This document shows positions 62,756 to 64,000 of a stretch of DNA of 64,000 nucleotides, one piece after another. The stretch is taken from positions 16,802,001 to 16,866,000 of the forward strand of contig NC_091999.1 in assembly GCF_044704955.1 (NCBI RefSeq), in the 5' to 3' direction. Origin of the DNA: Pristiophorus japonicus (Eukaryota). Position numbers and translations under genes: made by a program. The number at the start of each line of letters is the position of its first letter. Position 1 is the first letter of the stretch. The notes beneath the pieces were generated by a model. That model saw nothing but the letters and a program-made list of their open reading frames with translations. It had not been told where the DNA came from and ran no database searches.

Positions 62756-64000
62756 CATGGTGTTTCGGAACTGTTCCTTCTGACTGTCACACTCTGGGTA
62801 ACTGATCTCATTTCTGCGGCGACTCATCAACTTTAAAGTCAAACTTTTACGTTTCTCACATATACCAGTTTCTTAAATAACTGAGTTAAATGACACTCCC
62901 CGCAATACAGAATCACAATCCAGAAGGTTTACAACCGGTCAGGAGGACTCCTGATTCTCACACAGTGAGCAGGCGCACAGAAACAGAACAGACACAAACG
63001 GTGCTCCAGGCAGAGAGACCAGTTAAATCTGTTAATTTCAATGAAGCTGCTTGATTTCTAATTTATTTCTTGTCAATTTCCAACCACCTCAACTCCGCAG
63101 ATTCTTTGAAATTAAACTGATATTAATTTGAGAGACTCTTCAGAATCCAGCCATTTTTCCATCTCTGTCAACTTTCTTGGAAACCGTGTAAAAATTAACT
63201 CCCCTGAAAGCAAGTATCTGGAAATAATTCACATTCCACGGGAATTTGCTGCCGTCACGGGACTCGGTGACAGAATAAGAATGTCACAATCCAGGAGACA
63301 TCTACATTGAAATCTGACCACCCACTGATTTGATATATTTTCATCAGTAAATATAACCTGTAAAATCATCGAGGCAAAACAGGAAGTTAATTCACCAAAA
63401 TCTGCAGCGGCACCTTATCGAACTCAGCACAGCCGGGTTATAAATGCATTGATTTATAAATTAATTTTGGAATTAATTAAACATTCTCTCCAACCATTGA
63501 GGTTTTGCAATAACTATAATACGGACCAGTATGCAACGCAATTGTAAGGGATCGTTTGTGTTTAATAAATGATCACTGATGTTACATTCTAATTAATGTT
63601 CATGTTAGATGATTATTGAAAATAATCTGAGTGCCTGTCTGGCCCTTCCTCCTCAGAAGCACACTTACCTGGAACATTTGAAATTAACTTAATGTGCCTG
63701 AATTTCAGCCTTACTAATACAGCGAAATTTGTTATTGATAGACAGGTTTTGGTCTTGCAAAGTGTTCAAGATTAGTTTAGTGAAAGTTTTAACAAACAAC
63801 ACCCAATATTTATTAAACATTGTAGAAACGCCAAACGGTTTCACAAATTCTAGGTATTCTGAGTGACACAGGCACAAACTCTCCTCAGCAGATCAACACT
63901 AAATCACATCACTGAGGGGCCGAATCCCTCGACAGAACCTTTCATGGAGCAGACCCTTCACTCTATAAACACTTCCAGCAGAATCAAATGTATCCTTGCA

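Noticed and set aside
63655-63690. Strong minus-strand donor CAG|GTAAGT as a possible JH end
   Set aside because: The preceding sequence lacks WGxG/TVT and an RSS; not a J segment.

Overview
Eukaryotic genomic DNA, almost certainly from a shark or other cartilaginous fish; the ORF track is largely misleading here. Right third (minus strand): a complete, apparently intact IgM (mu) heavy-chain constant region with CH1, CH2, CH3, CH4 plus secretory tail, TM1 and TM2, all with canonical splice sites. No J segment was recognised, so V-D-J probably lies beyond the right edge. Left two thirds: three disabled paralogues of a C2H2 zinc-finger family with associated minisatellites and CpG promoter-like stretches, heavily invaded by transposons. 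These include CR1 LINEs (one with an uninterrupted ORF2), L2/RTE fragments, tRNA-derived SINEs, a truncated Ty3/gypsy element, a class III (ERV-L-like) provirus with two LTRs, and an older env-bearing ERV relic. The most notable signal is that all three CR1 copies retaining the ORF1/ORF2 junction carry a slippery heptamer (T/G)TTAAAC directly before the ORF1 stop. In the intact copy ORF2 is in the -1 frame and lacks a usable AUG, which suggests programmed -1 ribosomal frameshifting in a vertebrate LINE. Coordinates were read by eye. Family assignments rest on motif recognition, not database searches.
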